From an uncultured Flavobacteriales bacterium (GTDB lineage: Bacteria; Bacteroidota; Bacteroidia; UBA10329), in NCBI GenBank assembly GCA_937900875.1, contig CALCGD010000245.1, positions 1 to 62,686 on the forward strand: 62,686 bases of DNA, in the 5' to 3' direction. The position numbers and the translations under genes are program-made. Shown piece after piece: positions 9,861-22,100 of this stretch; positions within the stretch are counted from its first letter, which is position 1; the number at the start of each line of letters is the position of its first letter. The notes beneath the pieces are model-generated. The model did not search any database, had not been told where the DNA came from, and saw only the letters and a list, made by a program, of their open reading frames with translations.

Positions 9861-10579
9861 AAACTCTAATTCTTCCGCTTTTTATCTTTTGCACACTTAC
9901 ATGTGATGCCCAAATTTTGGACACCCTAAACTATGCTTTGGGTAAAGTTGATTACGCCAAAAACTCGGAGTTTGTAAAAATCCCAGACCAGTACGCTAAT
10001 AAATCGGGGATGTATTTGCGAAAAGAAGCGCTCGATGCTTTCATTATTATGAGGCAGGCCGCTAAAGCAGATGGAATAGAACTGAGAATCATTTCGGCTG
10101 CGCGAAGTTTCTATCATCAAAAAAGCATTTGGGAAGCTAAATGGACAGGTAAAAGATTGGTTAATGGAAAAAATCTCAGCGCCACAATTGCCGATGAATC
10201 AACTCGTGCGGTGGAAATTCTCAAGTACAGTTCCATGCCAGGAACGTCACGTCATCATTGGGGCACAGATATAGATATTAACTCACTAAACCCCGCTTAT
10301 TTCGAATCTGGTAAAGGAAAAAAGGAGTACGAATGGCTAAGAGGTAACGCTCATTTGTATGGCTTTTGTCAGGTTTATTCTGAAAAAGGAAAGGAGAGAC
10401 AAGATGGATATGAAGAAGAAAAATGGCATTGGAGTTATGTCCCAATAGCTTCTGTTCTTACCAAGTTTCATGTTACCCGCATCTCAGAAAAGGAGCTTTA
10501 TGGTTTTGCAGGAGATAAGTCGTTAAGCCTTGCCGAGAAAAGGAAATACATCTTGGGAATCTCATCCTATTGTAAGTGA
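9857..10579 (+). CDS. M15 family D-Ala-D-Ala carboxypeptidase (VanY-like)
   Basis: ISAARSF, PGTSRHHWGTDID (SxHxxxxAxD-like) and EEKWHW zinc motifs; signal peptide. Confidence 0.85.
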   Translation: MKTLILPLFIFCTLTCDAQILDTLNYALGKVDYAKNSEFVKIPDQYANKSGMYLRKEALDAFIIMRQAAKADGIELRIISAARSFYHQKSIWEAKWTGKRLVNGKNLSATIADESTRAVEILKYSSMPGTSRHHWGTDIDINSLNPAYFESGKGKKEYEWLRGNAHLYGFCQVYSEKGKERQDGYEEEKWHWSYVPIASVLTKFHVTRISEKELYGFAGDKSLSLAEKRKYILGISSYCK

Positions 10580-10641
10580 AATTCGTTAGTAACTGTTATA
10601 ATAAATAGGGAAATCTAATTGCTCCTCCTTTATACAAAGGA

Positions 10642-10649
10642 TAAATTTG
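10642..10649 (+). promoter_or_regulatory. Sigma-A -7 element for guaA
   Basis: TAAATTTG about 30 nt upstream of the guaA ATG. Confidence 0.55.
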
Positions 10650-10678
10650 TGCTCTTAAACCCTTACCCAATTTTATAG

Positions 10679-12208
10679 ATGCAACAGACCATCTTAATTC
10701 TCGATTTCGGTTCACAATACACACAGTTAATTGCCCGAAGAGTTCGCGAGCTTAATGTATACTGCGAAATTCATCCATTTAACAAGATACCCGAGTTGGG
10801 TGAGCATATTAAAGGAGTAATTCTTTCTGGAAGCCCGTTTTCGGTTAGACAACCAGATGCGCTCATTCCAGATTTATCCAACATAAAAGGAAAGTTGCCA
10901 TTACTTGGCGTGTGTTATGGCGCGCAGCATCTGGCTTATGTTTACGGAGGAAATGTAGAAGCATCTAATTCTAGAGAATACGGCAGGTCTCATTTGTCGT
11001 TTTCCGATGGAACAAATAGCCTAATGAAAGGGGTTCCTCAAACCTCTCAGGTTTGGATGTCGCATGCCGATACCATCACCGAGTTACCCACAGGAGCAAA
11101 ACTTATTGGCAGCACCAAAGATGTAGAAGTAGCAGCTTACCAGTTTGAAGGCGAAGAAACTTACGGTATTCAGTTTCATCCAGAAGTAACACATTCTCTG
11201 GATGGTTTAACGCTTGTAAGAAATTTCGTAGTTGGAATTTGTGGTTGTGATCAATCGCATACACCAGATTCTTTCATTGATAGTACAGTCTCTCAGTTGA
11301 AATCTCAATTGGGTAATGATAAGGTAGTTCTGGGTCTTTCTGGAGGTGTTGATAGCAGTGTTGCTGCGATGCTGCTAGCTAAAGCAATAGGCACAAATCT
11401 CTATTGCATTTTTGTAGATAACGGACTACTTAGAAAAGATGAATTTGAAACCGTTCTAGAAACCTATATGGGACTAGGATTGAACGTGAAAGGAGTGAAT
11501 GCTAAGGATGCTTTTTTAGGCGAATTAGCAGGAGTTTCAGACCCAGAAACGAAGCGAAAAATTATTGGAAAAGTCTTCATTGATATTTTTGATCAAGAGG
11601 CGAATCTAATCCAAGATGTAAAGTGGTTGGCCCAGGGAACTATCTATCCAGATGTGATTGAGTCCATTTCTGTAAAGGGCCCATCAGCTACAATAAAATC
11701 TCACCACAATGTTGGTGGTTTGCCAGAACGAATGAACTTGAAAGTTGTTGAGCCACTCAACACACTTTTTAAAGATGAGGTACGAGAAGTGGGTAAGCAC
11801 CTTGGATTGCCAGAAAGATTATTAGGTCGTCATCCTTTTCCAGGTCCTGGACTGGCCATTAGAATTTTAGGAGACATTACGCCCGAAAGAGTTCGAGTGC
11901 TTCAAGAGGTTGATCACATTTTCATTTCCTCTCTACTTGAGCATGATTTGTACGATGAAGTTTGGCAAGCGGGCGCCATTTTTCTTCCGGTAAACACGGT
12001 AGGTGTGATGGGCGATGAAAGAACGTATGAAAATGCAGTCTGCTTACGAGCTGTTTCGTCCAGAGATGGAATGACAGCCGACTGGTGTCACCTTCCTTAT
12101 GAGTTTCTTGCAAAGGTTTCTAACGAAATAATTAACAAGGTTAAGGGCATCAATAGAGTGGTTTATGATATATCTTCAAAACCACCAGCCACAATAGAAT
12201 GGGAATAA
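10679..12208 (+). CDS. guaA: GMP synthase (glutamine-hydrolysing)
   Basis: [43 protein letters not shown]-terminal KPPATIEWE. Confidence 0.98.
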   Translation: MQQTILILDFGSQYTQLIARRVRELNVYCEIHPFNKIPELGEHIKGVILSGSPFSVRQPDALIPDLSNIKGKLPLLGVCYGAQHLAYVYGGNVEASNSREYGRSHLSFSDGTNSLMKGVPQTSQVWMSHADTITELPTGAKLIGSTKDVEVAAYQFEGEETYGIQFHPEVTHSLDGLTLVRNFVVGICGCDQSHTPDSFIDSTVSQLKSQLGNDKVVLGLSGGVDSSVAAMLLAKAIGTNLYCIFVDNGLLRKDEFETVLETYMGLGLNVKGVNAKDAFLGELAGVSDPETKRKIIGKVFIDIFDQEANLIQDVKWLAQGTIYPDVIESISVKGPSATIKSHHNVGGLPERMNLKVVEPLNTLFKDEVREVGKHLGLPERLLGRHPFPGPGLAIRILGDITPERVRVLQEVDHIFISSLLEHDLYDEVWQAGAIFLPVNTVGVMGDERTYENAVCLRAVSSRDGMTADWCHLPYEFLAKVSNEIINKVKGINRVVYDISSKPPATIEWE

Positions 12209-12227
12209 TGCTTGTTAAGCATACCTA

Positions 12228-13880
12228 ATGCGCATACAAAAAACCATATTCATTTTGTTTGCAACGCTGCTAAGTTTGGCAGGGTTTGCACAGTCTAGCG
12301 CAGTGGTAATTTCCGATAGTTTGGCCATTATTGAAGGCGAAACCTACTACATCCATTCTGTTCAAGCCAGGCAAACGCTTTTTACCATTGCCAGTACCTA
12401 TGAGGTGAAATTGAGCCGAATTGCCTTCGATAATCCAGGTGTTTTGGATGGTTTAAAGCTTGGGCAGCTGTTAAAGATTCTTAAGAGTGCACAAGGTGAA
12501 ACTAAGCCAGTGGAAGCTTCTGACGAGAAACTGGAGATTGATGGCGAATATGTTCTTTACAAGGTTCCGAGAAGACAAACGCTCTATTCTATTTCGAAGG
12601 AATACAACACGTCTGTTTCTTCAATCTTAGATGCGAATCCAGAGTTGGCAAATGGACTAAAAGTAGGTTCGACTATTCGAATTCCGGTGCCTAAAATTCT
12701 AGGAGAGGAGACCTCGGTTAAAGAGAAAATGGTCGGACTTCCAGACATCGTCAGAAAAGAAGCGGTACAAGAGAAGATTGAAGTTGCCAGCATTGCTAAA
12801 GGGCACATCACGCTCATGTTGCCACTTTATCTCGATATGAACGATACGCTTGGCTCAACCAAACTGGCAGAGCAGGATGAGGAAATTTACGGGAAATCTG
12901 AAATAGCACTACAGTTTTACGAAGGATTTCTGATGGCCTTGGATACATTGGCTAAGATGGGACACAAGGTAAAAGTGACTGTTATTGATACAGAAAACAG
13001 ACCATGGAAAGTACGTAAGCTAGTTGAAAATGGTGCTCTGAGAAGTACTGATTTAATTATCGGTCCGTTGTATACACAGGTCTTTAAGGAAGTTTCGACC
13101 TTCGCTTACAACAACTGCATTCCGCTAGTTTCTCCTACAATTAAAAGCGCTGCTATCGTTTCGAATAACGATTTCGTTTTTAAGCAAATACCATCCGAAG
13201 AGTCTATGATTTTTGAACTTGGAAGCTACCTCTCAGGCTCAGATTCTACGACCAACGCAGTTATTCATTATGGCGCTGGAGATGAGCAGAATATGTTGTG
13301 GAAATTCAGACAAGGTTTGGAGGTAGGAGGGGGTAAAGCAGTAGCTTTTCCAGCGTTTAATATTTATAAAGCTGGGAGTGATTCGCTTCGTAGTATGTTG
13401 TCTCTCACTAAAAGGAACAATTTGGTTGTGTTGAGTAATAATCAGGTGAAGTTGGCAGGTTTGCTACGGAAACTGACAACTTGGACTGAGGATGCATATA
13501 TAGTGGCTTATGCGCCTAATGAATGGCAAGGCTTTAAAAATTTAGAAATGGATCATTTTGATGATTTAAGAGTGCATATGCCAACTGATTTTTACATCGA
13601 TTATGAGGAGTTGCGTGTACAAGAATTTGTGCAGAAGTTTCGATTGAAGTATGCTAGTGAGCCAAGCACTTTTGCCTTCAGAGGCTATGATTTAGCAATG
13701 CATTTTGTAGCTAATCTAAACGGATTGAAAGAGTTTGGGCCAGATTATATGTTATCAGTGGAAGAAACGGGTATGCAGTCTAAATTTGGATGGACCAAAC
13801 GAGAAAATGGCGGCTATGAAAACAGCAGGTCTCGCATAGTTGATTACACAGGATTGGAATTAAAACTTGCCACAGATTGA
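12228..13880 (+). CDS. LysM peptidoglycan-binding protein with type-1 periplasmic-binding-like C-terminal domain
   Basis: Two LysM repeats (HSVQARQTLFTIA; YKVPRRQTLYSISKEY); LIIGPLY and FRGYD motifs of the Bacteroidota guaA-linked family. Confidence 0.85.
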   Translation: MRIQKTIFILFATLLSLAGFAQSSAVVISDSLAIIEGETYYIHSVQARQTLFTIASTYEVKLSRIAFDNPGVLDGLKLGQLLKILKSAQGETKPVEASDEKLEIDGEYVLYKVPRRQTLYSISKEYNTSVSSILDANPELANGLKVGSTIRIPVPKILGEETSVKEKMVGLPDIVRKEAVQEKIEVASIAKGHITLMLPLYLDMNDTLGSTKLAEQDEEIYGKSEIALQFYEGFLMALDTLAKMGHKVKVTVIDTENRPWKVRKLVENGALRSTDLIIGPLYTQVFKEVSTFAYNNCIPLVSPTIKSAAIVSNNDFVFKQIPSEESMIFELGSYLSGSDSTTNAVIHYGAGDEQNMLWKFRQGLEVGGGKAVAFPAFNIYKAGSDSLRSMLSLTKRNNLVVLSNNQVKLAGLLRKLTTWTEDAYIVAYAPNEWQGFKNLEMDHFDDLRVHMPTDFYIDYEELRVQEFVQKFRLKYASEPSTFAFRGYDLAMHFVANLNGLKEFGPDYMLSVEETGMQSKFGWTKRENGGYENSRSRIVDYTGLELKLATD

Positions 13881-14773
13881 GCCTTACTAAAGAACAAATC
13901 AGTAGCTGGTTTAGAGAGTTGCAATTGCACATTTGCAACGAATTAGAAGCAGAAGATGGATTAGCCAAATTTGAAGAAGATACTTGGAATAGACCAGGTG
14001 GAGGAGGAGGACATACTCGCGTTATACAGCACGGAAATGTGTTTGAAAAAGGAGGCGTGAATTTCTCGGCCGTCCATGGCAACCTGACCGAAAATATCAC
14101 AAAAGCTCTGGGTGTAAACTCCAGCGAGTTTTATGCAACAGGAGTTTCAATCGTCATTCATCCGATAAATCCGTTCGTGCCAATAATCCATATGAATGTG
14201 CGATATTTTGAACTTAGCGATGGCACGTATTGGTTTGGTGGAGGAATTGATTTAACCCCGCATTACGTTCAGAAAGAGGACGCGAAACACTTTCACTCTT
14301 GTTTGAAACAAGCATGTGATGGCTTTAACGATCATGCTTACCCTGACTACAAAAAGTGGGCGGATGATTACTTTTTTATTAAACACAGGAAAGAAACAAG
14401 AGGTATAGGTGGAGTTTTCTTTGACCGATTGAAAGAGTCTGATGAGCAATCAAAATTTGAAATCTGGAATTTTGTACAGCGCGTTGGAGAAACTTTTGCG
14501 CCAACTTATCGGAAGTTGGTGGCTGATAATAAACAAAAGGCATACGAAGCTGGCAATCTTCAATGGCGGAATTTAAGAAGAGGCAGGTACGTAGAGTTTA
14601 ACCTTGTTTACGACAAAGGCACCAAGTTTGGATTAGAAACGGATGGCAGAATTGAGTCTATTTTGATGAGCCTTCCTGAAAATGCATCTTGGTATTACAA
14701 TTTTCAGCCCGAATCAAATTCTCTTGAGGCAGAAACATTATCGCTCCTGAAGAAAGGAGTTGATTGGGTGTAA
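13877..14773 (+). CDS. hemF: Oxygen-dependent coproporphyrinogen III oxidase
   Basis: EKGGVNFS, HMNVRYF, WFGGGIDLTP, RGIGGVFFD, RRGRYVEFNL, GRIESILMSLP. Confidence 0.97.
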   Translation: MSLTKEQISSWFRELQLHICNELEAEDGLAKFEEDTWNRPGGGGGHTRVIQHGNVFEKGGVNFSAVHGNLTENITKALGVNSSEFYATGVSIVIHPINPFVPIIHMNVRYFELSDGTYWFGGGIDLTPHYVQKEDAKHFHSCLKQACDGFNDHAYPDYKKWADDYFFIKHRKETRGIGGVFFDRLKESDEQSKFEIWNFVQRVGETFAPTYRKLVADNKQKAYEAGNLQWRNLRRGRYVEFNLVYDKGTKFGLETDGRIESILMSLPENASWYYNFQPESNSLEAETLSLLKKGVDWV

Positions 14774-14909
14774 ATCTGACAATCGGCCAGCCTAATTTGG
14801 CTATTTTTGAAAGGTTGAGATTTGAAGCGAAATTAGCTTCGCTCAATTAAGCAACCCCGTTGGTAGCCAACCGTTATTGAATCAGCTGCGAGACAGCTGT
14901 TTGACCGCC

Positions 14910-17900
14910 ATGAAGAAACCCCTCATACTCTGGCTTATTGCCTGCGTATATTTTGTACTGATTCCTACCGCTGAGGTAAAGGCATCGCATGCACTTGGGG
15001 CTGAGATTACATACGAATGTTTAGGTGGGAATGACTACTTAATTCGTTTGGTTTTTTATCGAGATTGTGGAGGTATTGCGGCTCCAACAGCCCCTTCCAT
15101 AAACATTACATCTTCATGTGGGAATCAGAATTTGGGCATGACTCTGCAACCACCAGTGCCCCCATTTCCTCCTTTCGACCAATATTTGGCACCTTATGAG
15201 TTACCCGTTTATTGCTCTACCTCTAATTGCAATGGCGGATCGAACCCAGGAATTCAGGAATATGTTTATGAAGCAACAGTAACTCTTCCGCCTTGCGCGG
15301 ATTGGACTTTTAGCTACGATTTGTGTTGCCGAAGCGCAGCAATTAATACCATTAATGCTCCTGGTAGTCAGGATATTTACGTGAATGCCTTTTTGAATAA
15401 TGTTGCCGCACCCTGTAATAATTCGCCACAATTTGATGTACCTGCCCGAGGCTTTTTATGTCTCAATGAGGATAATACCATTCTGGCTACAGCATATGAT
15501 CCAGATGGTGATTTACTGGTTTATAGCCTTTACACTCCTTGGCATAATCCAGGTCAGAATGTAAATTATTTAGGTGGTTTCAATCCTAATAACCCGCTCA
15601 CAAACAATTATTACAATTTTAATAATGGCGTAATTACTACCCAGCCAACTGTAAATGGACAGATAACAGTAATAGGCGTGATGGTTGAAGAATATAGAAA
15701 CGGAGTTCTTATAGGAAGAGTGGTTAGAGATATGCAAGTGCGGGTAATTAATAACTGCCCACAAAACCCAGGCAACGATTTTGATATCGACCAAGATGGC
15801 CTGTTTGATGAAGATACAATCGTGCTTTGCGCTGATAATGCTGTACAATTAGATGTCTTTTTGAACAATACGCTTCCGGGCTTGACCTACAATATTGTGG
15901 CTGAGAATATCGATGATTTCCCAGGCGCAACATTCAATAATCTACCAAATGGTACTGCGCCAGGAGGAATAATGGGGCAATTTATCTGGACACCAGACGA
16001 AACAGATATTGGCACAAATCAGGTGTTGGTGTTTACAGCTTACGATAATAACTGCCCTGTGGTAGGGTTTGCCAATTTTACCTACGAATTTATCATAACA
16101 GGCCTAGAGCTCGATGTAGATATTGATACGGTCGCAATTTCATGTACGGATTCTGTTGAAATGACAGCTTTAGTATCCAATGGAACACCACCATATACTT
16201 TTTTGTGGAACGATGGATATACTGGAGCCAGTAGATGGGTTACAGCAGGTGAATATGTTGTGGTTGTGACCGATGATGAAGGGTGTACTGGTGATGATAC
16301 TATCAACGTGTATTATGTAGATGATCCGGAAGGAGCATTTTTTGACCCACCGGGTGCCTGTGTAGATTCTACAATCTCTTTTGTCGACCAATCCTTCAGT
16401 AATTACCCACCAAATTTGCCCCCAATTAACATTGTGGATTGGGAATGGAGTTTTGGTGATGGCACCATTGTAACAGGCGTCCAAAATCCGACACATGCCT
16501 ATACAGCTACTGGTAATTACACAGTGCAGTTGATTGTAACGAATGATTTAGGTTGTGTAGATACGGCTTGGAGCAATGTGTGGGCTAACCCACCACCTAA
16601 TGTAGATTTCAATTTCGGTAACGTATGTTCTGATACAGTATTTACATTTACAGATAATAGTTCCATCGATACTGGGCAGGTTGTAGCCTGGAGTTGGGAT
16701 TTTGGCGATGCTTCAGCAGCCTATCAAGCACAAAACGGAACTTACCAATATGCAGGAACAGGGTTTTATGATGTAACGCTAACCGCAGTTTCTGATAGCG
16801 GCTGTCCTTCATCGATGACACAGGAAGTGTATGCGTTTCCGCTGCCAGTAACCGACTTTTCTCCAACGGATGTTTGTTACGGTAATGTGTCGAGTTTTAC
16901 TGATTTAAGCGCTGTTTCGGCAGGAACAGTTGAAGGTTGGATGTGGGATTTTGGGGATGGAGCATCTTCGGCTTTACAAAACCCGGTTCATTCGTACAGT
17001 GATACAGGACAGTTTAATGTTACCCTCATTTCAATAACCGATTCGGTTTGTAGAGATACACTTACTCAGGTGGTGACGGTGCACCCCGCGCCAGTTGCAG
17101 ATTTTGCGAATGACACGGTTTGTGCCGAGCTAGAAATGACATTTACAGATTTATCAACGGTTCCAACTGGTAATATTGTTAGTTGGTCTTGGTACTTTGG
17201 AGATGGAGATCAAGCTACTAATCAGAACGAGTCTCATGTCTATGATCTTGGTGGGCAATACACGGGCTCGCTAGTGGTGCAGACAGATCTTGGCTGTATA
17301 GACACTCTGGCTAGTCCAATAATCGTTTATCCGAAACCGAATGCAGCATTTAATAATCTCGCTGCATGTCAAGGAGATGAAAATCAATTTGAGGATATGT
17401 CTTTGGTGGCTACTGGTTCTCAAGTAACTGGTTGGGATTGGGCCTTTGGTGATGTCGTTGGTGTGTCCTCTGATCAATCCCCTTTATACGTTTATGCAGC
17501 AAGTGGAGTCTATGACGTCACACTTATTTCTGAGACCGATTTTGGATGTTTAGACACAATCACACACACAACGGAGGTATACGATTTGCCAGTTGCAGAT
17601 TTTACTTACAATGATGTTTGTCTTTATGATGCAGCTGTTTATCTCAACACGTCTGCTATACCTTCTGGTTCCATCATAGCCTATCAATGGGATTTCGACA
17701 ACGGATCTACAGCAGCTATTCAACAACCAGTTGGTCAGCAATACATTACTGCAGGATTCTATGATATTGAACTCATTACAGAATCGAATCATGGTTGCTT
17801 AGATACAATCGAACAGACGATTGAGATTTTTCCAATACCTACTGCATTATTCGATTTCGATTCTGTTTGTTATCCATTTGCAACAACATTTACCGACCTT

Positions 17901-19154
17901 TCTTCGGTAGGTGGATTGTACGATGTATCTGATTGGAGTTGGAAATTTGGAGATGGAATTCTAGCAAACGGTATTCAAAATCCGACACATTCGTACACCG
18001 CTTGGGGCGATTATTACGTAGAACTTACGGTAACTACAAATTCGGGATGCATGGCAGATACAACACTCGGCCCGGTTAGGGTTTACCCAAAGCCCACGGC
18101 AGAGTTTAGCGATGAAATTGCAAACTGTTTAAACGATACTACTTGGTTTCAAGACCTTTCAATTTTGGACAACTATCCGACAGACGAGTTGACTAATTGG
18201 AATTGGAATTTTGATGATGGGAATTCATCTGCAATTCAGGATACATTTCACGTTTACACTTCTCACAATCTTTACAATGTGGAATTAGCAGTTACTACCA
18301 ATCATGGTTGTCAAGATACGGTGGTGGAAATCGTTGAGATTTATCCTTTGCCAGAAGTAAACTTTACGGTTGATACCAATTTTGGATGTCAGCCATTCAG
18401 AGCATGGTTTACCGACCTAACTACTATTCCGGCACCGTATGCTTTAAGCCAATGGGAATGGAATTTCGGAGACGGACCAGGAACCATAACAACTCGTCAT
18501 CCAGTGCACACTTATTGGGACCAAGAATTGGGAGATTTTGAAACTGGAGTGTATTCAGTTTGGCTTCAAGTAACATCTGCCAATGGCTGTGTGTCCGATA
18601 CATTGTTCTCGGACTACATGACCGAATATCCAAAGCCTGATGCTTTATTTTCTGTTGATCCCGAGCGAACTGAGATCATATTCCCAAAGTTTAACATCAC
18701 AGACTTGTCATCCCCCAATGTGGTTGATTGGTTCTATACTTGGGGAGACAATACCACAAGTTCTATCCAACACCCATCTCACGAATACCAAGACACTGGC
18801 TATTACGATATAATGCAATACGTAACCACCGTTTATGGTTGTATGGATACCGCGGAGTTCACGGTAATAGTTGATCCCGAATTCAGGTTTTACATTCCAC
18901 TCGCATTTACACCAGACGCAGATGGAGTAAACGAGTCATTCTTTGGTGCTGGAATTGGAATTAAAGAATACACAATGCGCATTTACGATAGATGGGGTGA
19001 GTTCCTCTTCGAATCGAACGAATACGATTATCATTGGGACGGAACATTCCGTGGAGAACAAGTTCAGGAAGGAGTTTATATCTATGTTTTTGACATTTTG
19101 GATGTAAAAGGTGAGCCGCACATCTATCGTGGTCACGTAACCTTATTTAGGTAG
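14910..19154 (+). CDS. T9SS type B surface protein with about 10 PKD repeats
   Basis: SHALG..YRDC..CCR N-terminal domain; F.D.S..W.W.FGDG PKD repeats; CTD FYIPLAFTPDADGVNE..YDRWG. The ORF track starts at 14877; ATG 14910 is preferred. Confidence 0.9.
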   Translation: MKKPLILWLIACVYFVLIPTAEVKASHALGAEITYECLGGNDYLIRLVFYRDCGGIAAPTAPSINITSSCGNQNLGMTLQPPVPPFPPFDQYLAPYELPVYCSTSNCNGGSNPGIQEYVYEATVTLPPCADWTFSYDLCCRSAAINTINAPGSQDIYVNAFLNNVAAPCNNSPQFDVPARGFLCLNEDNTILATAYDPDGDLLVYSLYTPWHNPGQNVNYLGGFNPNNPLTNNYYNFNNGVITTQPTVNGQITVIGVMVEEYRNGVLIGRVVRDMQVRVINNCPQNPGNDFDIDQDGLFDEDTIVLCADNAVQLDVFLNNTLPGLTYNIVAENIDDFPGATFNNLPNGTAPGGIMGQFIWTPDETDIGTNQVLVFTAYDNNCPVVGFANFTYEFIITGLELDVDIDTVAISCTDSVEMTALVSNGTPPYTFLWNDGYTGASRWVTAGEYVVVVTDDEGCTGDDTINVYYVDDPEGAFFDPPGACVDSTISFVDQSFSNYPPNLPPINIVDWEWSFGDGTIVTGVQNPTHAYTATGNYTVQLIVTNDLGCVDTAWSNVWANPPPNVDFNFGNVCSDTVFTFTDNSSIDTGQVVAWSWDFGDASAAYQAQNGTYQYAGTGFYDVTLTAVSDSGCPSSMTQEVYAFPLPVTDFSPTDVCYGNVSSFTDLSAVSAGTVEGWMWDFGDGASSALQNPVHSYSDTGQFNVTLISITDSVCRDTLTQVVTVHPAPVADFANDTVCAELEMTFTDLSTVPTGNIVSWSWYFGDGDQATNQNESHVYDLGGQYTGSLVVQTDLGCIDTLASPIIVYPKPNAAFNNLAACQGDENQFEDMSLVATGSQVTGWDWAFGDVVGVSSDQSPLYVYAASGVYDVTLISETDFGCLDTITHTTEVYDLPVADFTYNDVCLYDAAVYLNTSAIPSGSIIAYQWDFDNGSTAAIQQPVGQQYITAGFYDIELITESNHGCLDTIEQTIEIFPIPTALFDFDSVCYPFATTFTDLSSVGGLYDVSDWSWKFGDGILANGIQNPTHSYTAWGDYYVELTVTTNSGCMADTTLGPVRVYPKPTAEFSDEIANCLNDTTWFQDLSILDNYPTDELTNWNWNFDDGNSSAIQDTFHVYTSHNLYNVELAVTTNHGCQDTVVEIVEIYPLPEVNFTVDTNFGCQPFRAWFTDLTTIPAPYALSQWEWNFGDGPGTITTRHPVHTYWDQELGDFETGVYSVWLQVTSANGCVSDTLFSDYMTEYPKPDALFSVDPERTEIIFPKFNITDLSSPNVVDWFYTWGDNTTSSIQHPSHEYQDTGYYDIMQYVTTVYGCMDTAEFTVIVDPEFRFYIPLAFTPDADGVNESFFGAGIGIKEYTMRIYDRWGEFLFESNEYDYHWDGTFRGEQVQEGVYIYVFDILDVKGEPHIYRGHVTLFR

Positions 19155-19171
19155 TAGAGTTAAGCAGAGTC

Positions 19172-22100
19172 GTGCAGAGTTTCAAGGTCAATCTTCGGAC
19201 AATATTTTTTACTGTGCTAGCGGCATTTTTTTCGCTGCAAGCAGATGCACAATACCAGATAAATGGAGACGCCAATCAGATATCATGTAACTGTTATCAG
19301 TTAACGCAAGATGTTGGTTGGTCTGGAGGTTCGGTTTGGAACGTAAATCAGATTGATCTTACTAATCCGTTTAATTACAATTTTGAAGTTTGGTTGGACT
19401 GCGATGAATGGGGGGCAGACGGAATCGCATTCGTTTTGCAGCCAGTAAACGTTAACCAAGGAGGTGGCTCTAGTTCACTGGGATACGGAGGAATTGACCC
19501 ATCATTAATAGTTGAAATAGATACTTGGCCTAACGATGTTACCATGGCCGATCCGCCTCAGGATCACATTGCAATTATGCAGAACGGAGATTCTAATCAC
19601 GCATCCGCCAATAATCTTGCGGGTCCGGTTGTGGCAAGCAGTACACAAAACAACATCGAAGACTGTGCTTGGCACACCATTCAAATAATTTGGGAACCAT
19701 CGCTGAATACTTTAGCAGTGTTTTTTGACGGAGTTTTTAGAACCAGCTTTACCGGAAATGTAATTAATACCATTTTTGGCGGTAACCCAAACGTGTATTG
19801 GGGTTGGACGGGAGGAACAGGGTCTGAGAGTGCCGATCAGCGATTTTGCAATGCAATTCTTCCCGACTACACACTTACGAGCACATCAACTTGCGTTGGA
19901 GATCAAATTAATTTCGCAGATGCTTCGCTCACATCGTCAGGTAACATATCCAATTATACATGGGATTTTGGTGATGGAACTACTGGTGCTGGAGCCCCAG
20001 TTTCTCATACTTACAATAGCGCTGGAAATTTCGATGTAACGCTCAGTATTACTACCGAAGGTTGCTCTGAAGACACCATAATTCCAATCACAATCGACCC
20101 AACGCCTGTAGTTGATTTGGGCCCAGATTTGGCAATTTGCGATGGGCAATCAGTTCAACTTAACAACCCTAACACGCTTGGTAGCGGTACCTACGCTTGG
20201 TCTCCAATCACCGATCTTTCTAGTGCTTCTGCTCCAAGTCCTACGTCTACCACGCTTGTAGATAGAGACTACCAACTAAGTTTCACATCCAGCAATGGTT
20301 GTTCAGGTTCGGATGTTGTGCATGTTACGGTAAACCCGCTACCAACAGCCAATGCTGGTGCAGACCAAACCATGTGCGAGGGAGATCAAATAGGGCTTCA
20401 GGCTTCTGGTGGCGTCTCTTATTCATGGTCGCCAATCGGGTCTTTGAATAACGCGCTTATCTCCAATCCAATAGCTTCTCCTGTGGCTACAACCGTTTAC
20501 ACGGTTACCGCAACAGATGCAAATAATTGCACAGATGCCGATGATATTACGATAGACGTGGTGCCTGCCCCCGTGCTGGATGGGGGTCAAAACGAAAACA
20601 TTTGCGAAGGAGATGCAGTTCAGCTGAATGCTATTGGAATTGGAACCTTTCTATGGACTGGTACGGATTTAACCGATGTTAATATTGCAAATCCGGTGGC
20701 AACCCCAACAACAACAATTACCTATTACGTTTCTCTCATAGATGCTAATAATTGTTCATCTCTAGATAGCGTATTGGTTGATGTGGATCCTATTCCGGTA
20801 GCCAACTTTGCAGATCCGGTTGCTGTTTGTGATGGGAATGCGGTTCAATTTAATGATGCTTCCACAGGAACCATCACCACCTATAATTGGGATTTTGGCG
20901 ATGGAAATTTAGGCTCAGGGCCAAATCCAACACATATTTATCCTAGTATAGGAATCTATCCTGTTTCCCTTACAACCATCAGTGCCAATGGTTGTAGTGC
21001 CTTTACAACAGGTTCTGCAGAAGTAATTGTAGGCCCAATTCCGAATTTCTCAATTGCCAACGGACCAGATTTTTGTGAACGAGAGCAGTTAGATATCACC
21101 AATAACAGCAACGGACCCATAGTGTCTTACCTATGGAATTTCGGAAATGGAACTACTTCTACCGACATGGTTCCAGAATATGATTATCCGCTTTATGGAG
21201 ATTTTACGGTAACATTAACAGTGGGGACGGCAGACCAATGCTTTAACTCATTAACAGAAGACATATCAGTTAACCCAATTCCGAGTACTAATTTTTCGTC
21301 TACTCCCGCCTGCTTTGGCGAAGCCACCGGATTTACCGACTTATCTACAATTCCGGAAGGAACGGTTGATGGATGGGAATGGAGTTTTGGCGATGGAAGC
21401 ACAATAGCTTACGGTCAAAATCCCACTCATACTTACACCAATTTCGGTCCGTTTTCGGTAACACTTATTTCGCAAAGTGATGTTGGTTGCCGTGATACTG
21501 TACAGTTCGGAGTTTATGTAAATCCAACTCCGGTTGTAGACATAAGTGCCAATGATGGCTGTTTGGGTGATGGCGCCTTTTTTACTAATTCAACGGTGCC
21601 AAACGATAATACAATTGCCCAGTGGAATTGGGATTTTGGAGATGGAATAAACGCGGATGTTTTTGAACCGATTCATACTTATTCAGCTTACGGAAACTAT
21701 ACCACCCAGCTTACAGCCGTAACGGATAGTGGTTGTGTTGGCATTTCAACTACAGATTTGGAAATCTATCCATATCCAACTGCAGCTTTTAGCTTTTCTG
21801 AATACGAAGGCTGCGCTCCAGTGTTAGTCAATTTTGCTGATGAAAGTACTGTTCCAACTAACTATTCCATTGGGAGTTACGAATGGCTTTTTGGTGATGG
21901 AACAACGGCAAGTAGCATTTCGCCAAATCATACATATACAAGTCCTGCTATTTATGACCTTAGTCTGATTGTAACTACCGCAGGAGGCGGCTGTGCAGAT
22001 ACACTCACGCTGCCTGGTGCCATGTCAATTTATGTCACTCCAACCGCCAGTTTTACATACGGTCCAACGGATGCTACTATGCTCGATCCTCGAATACGGT

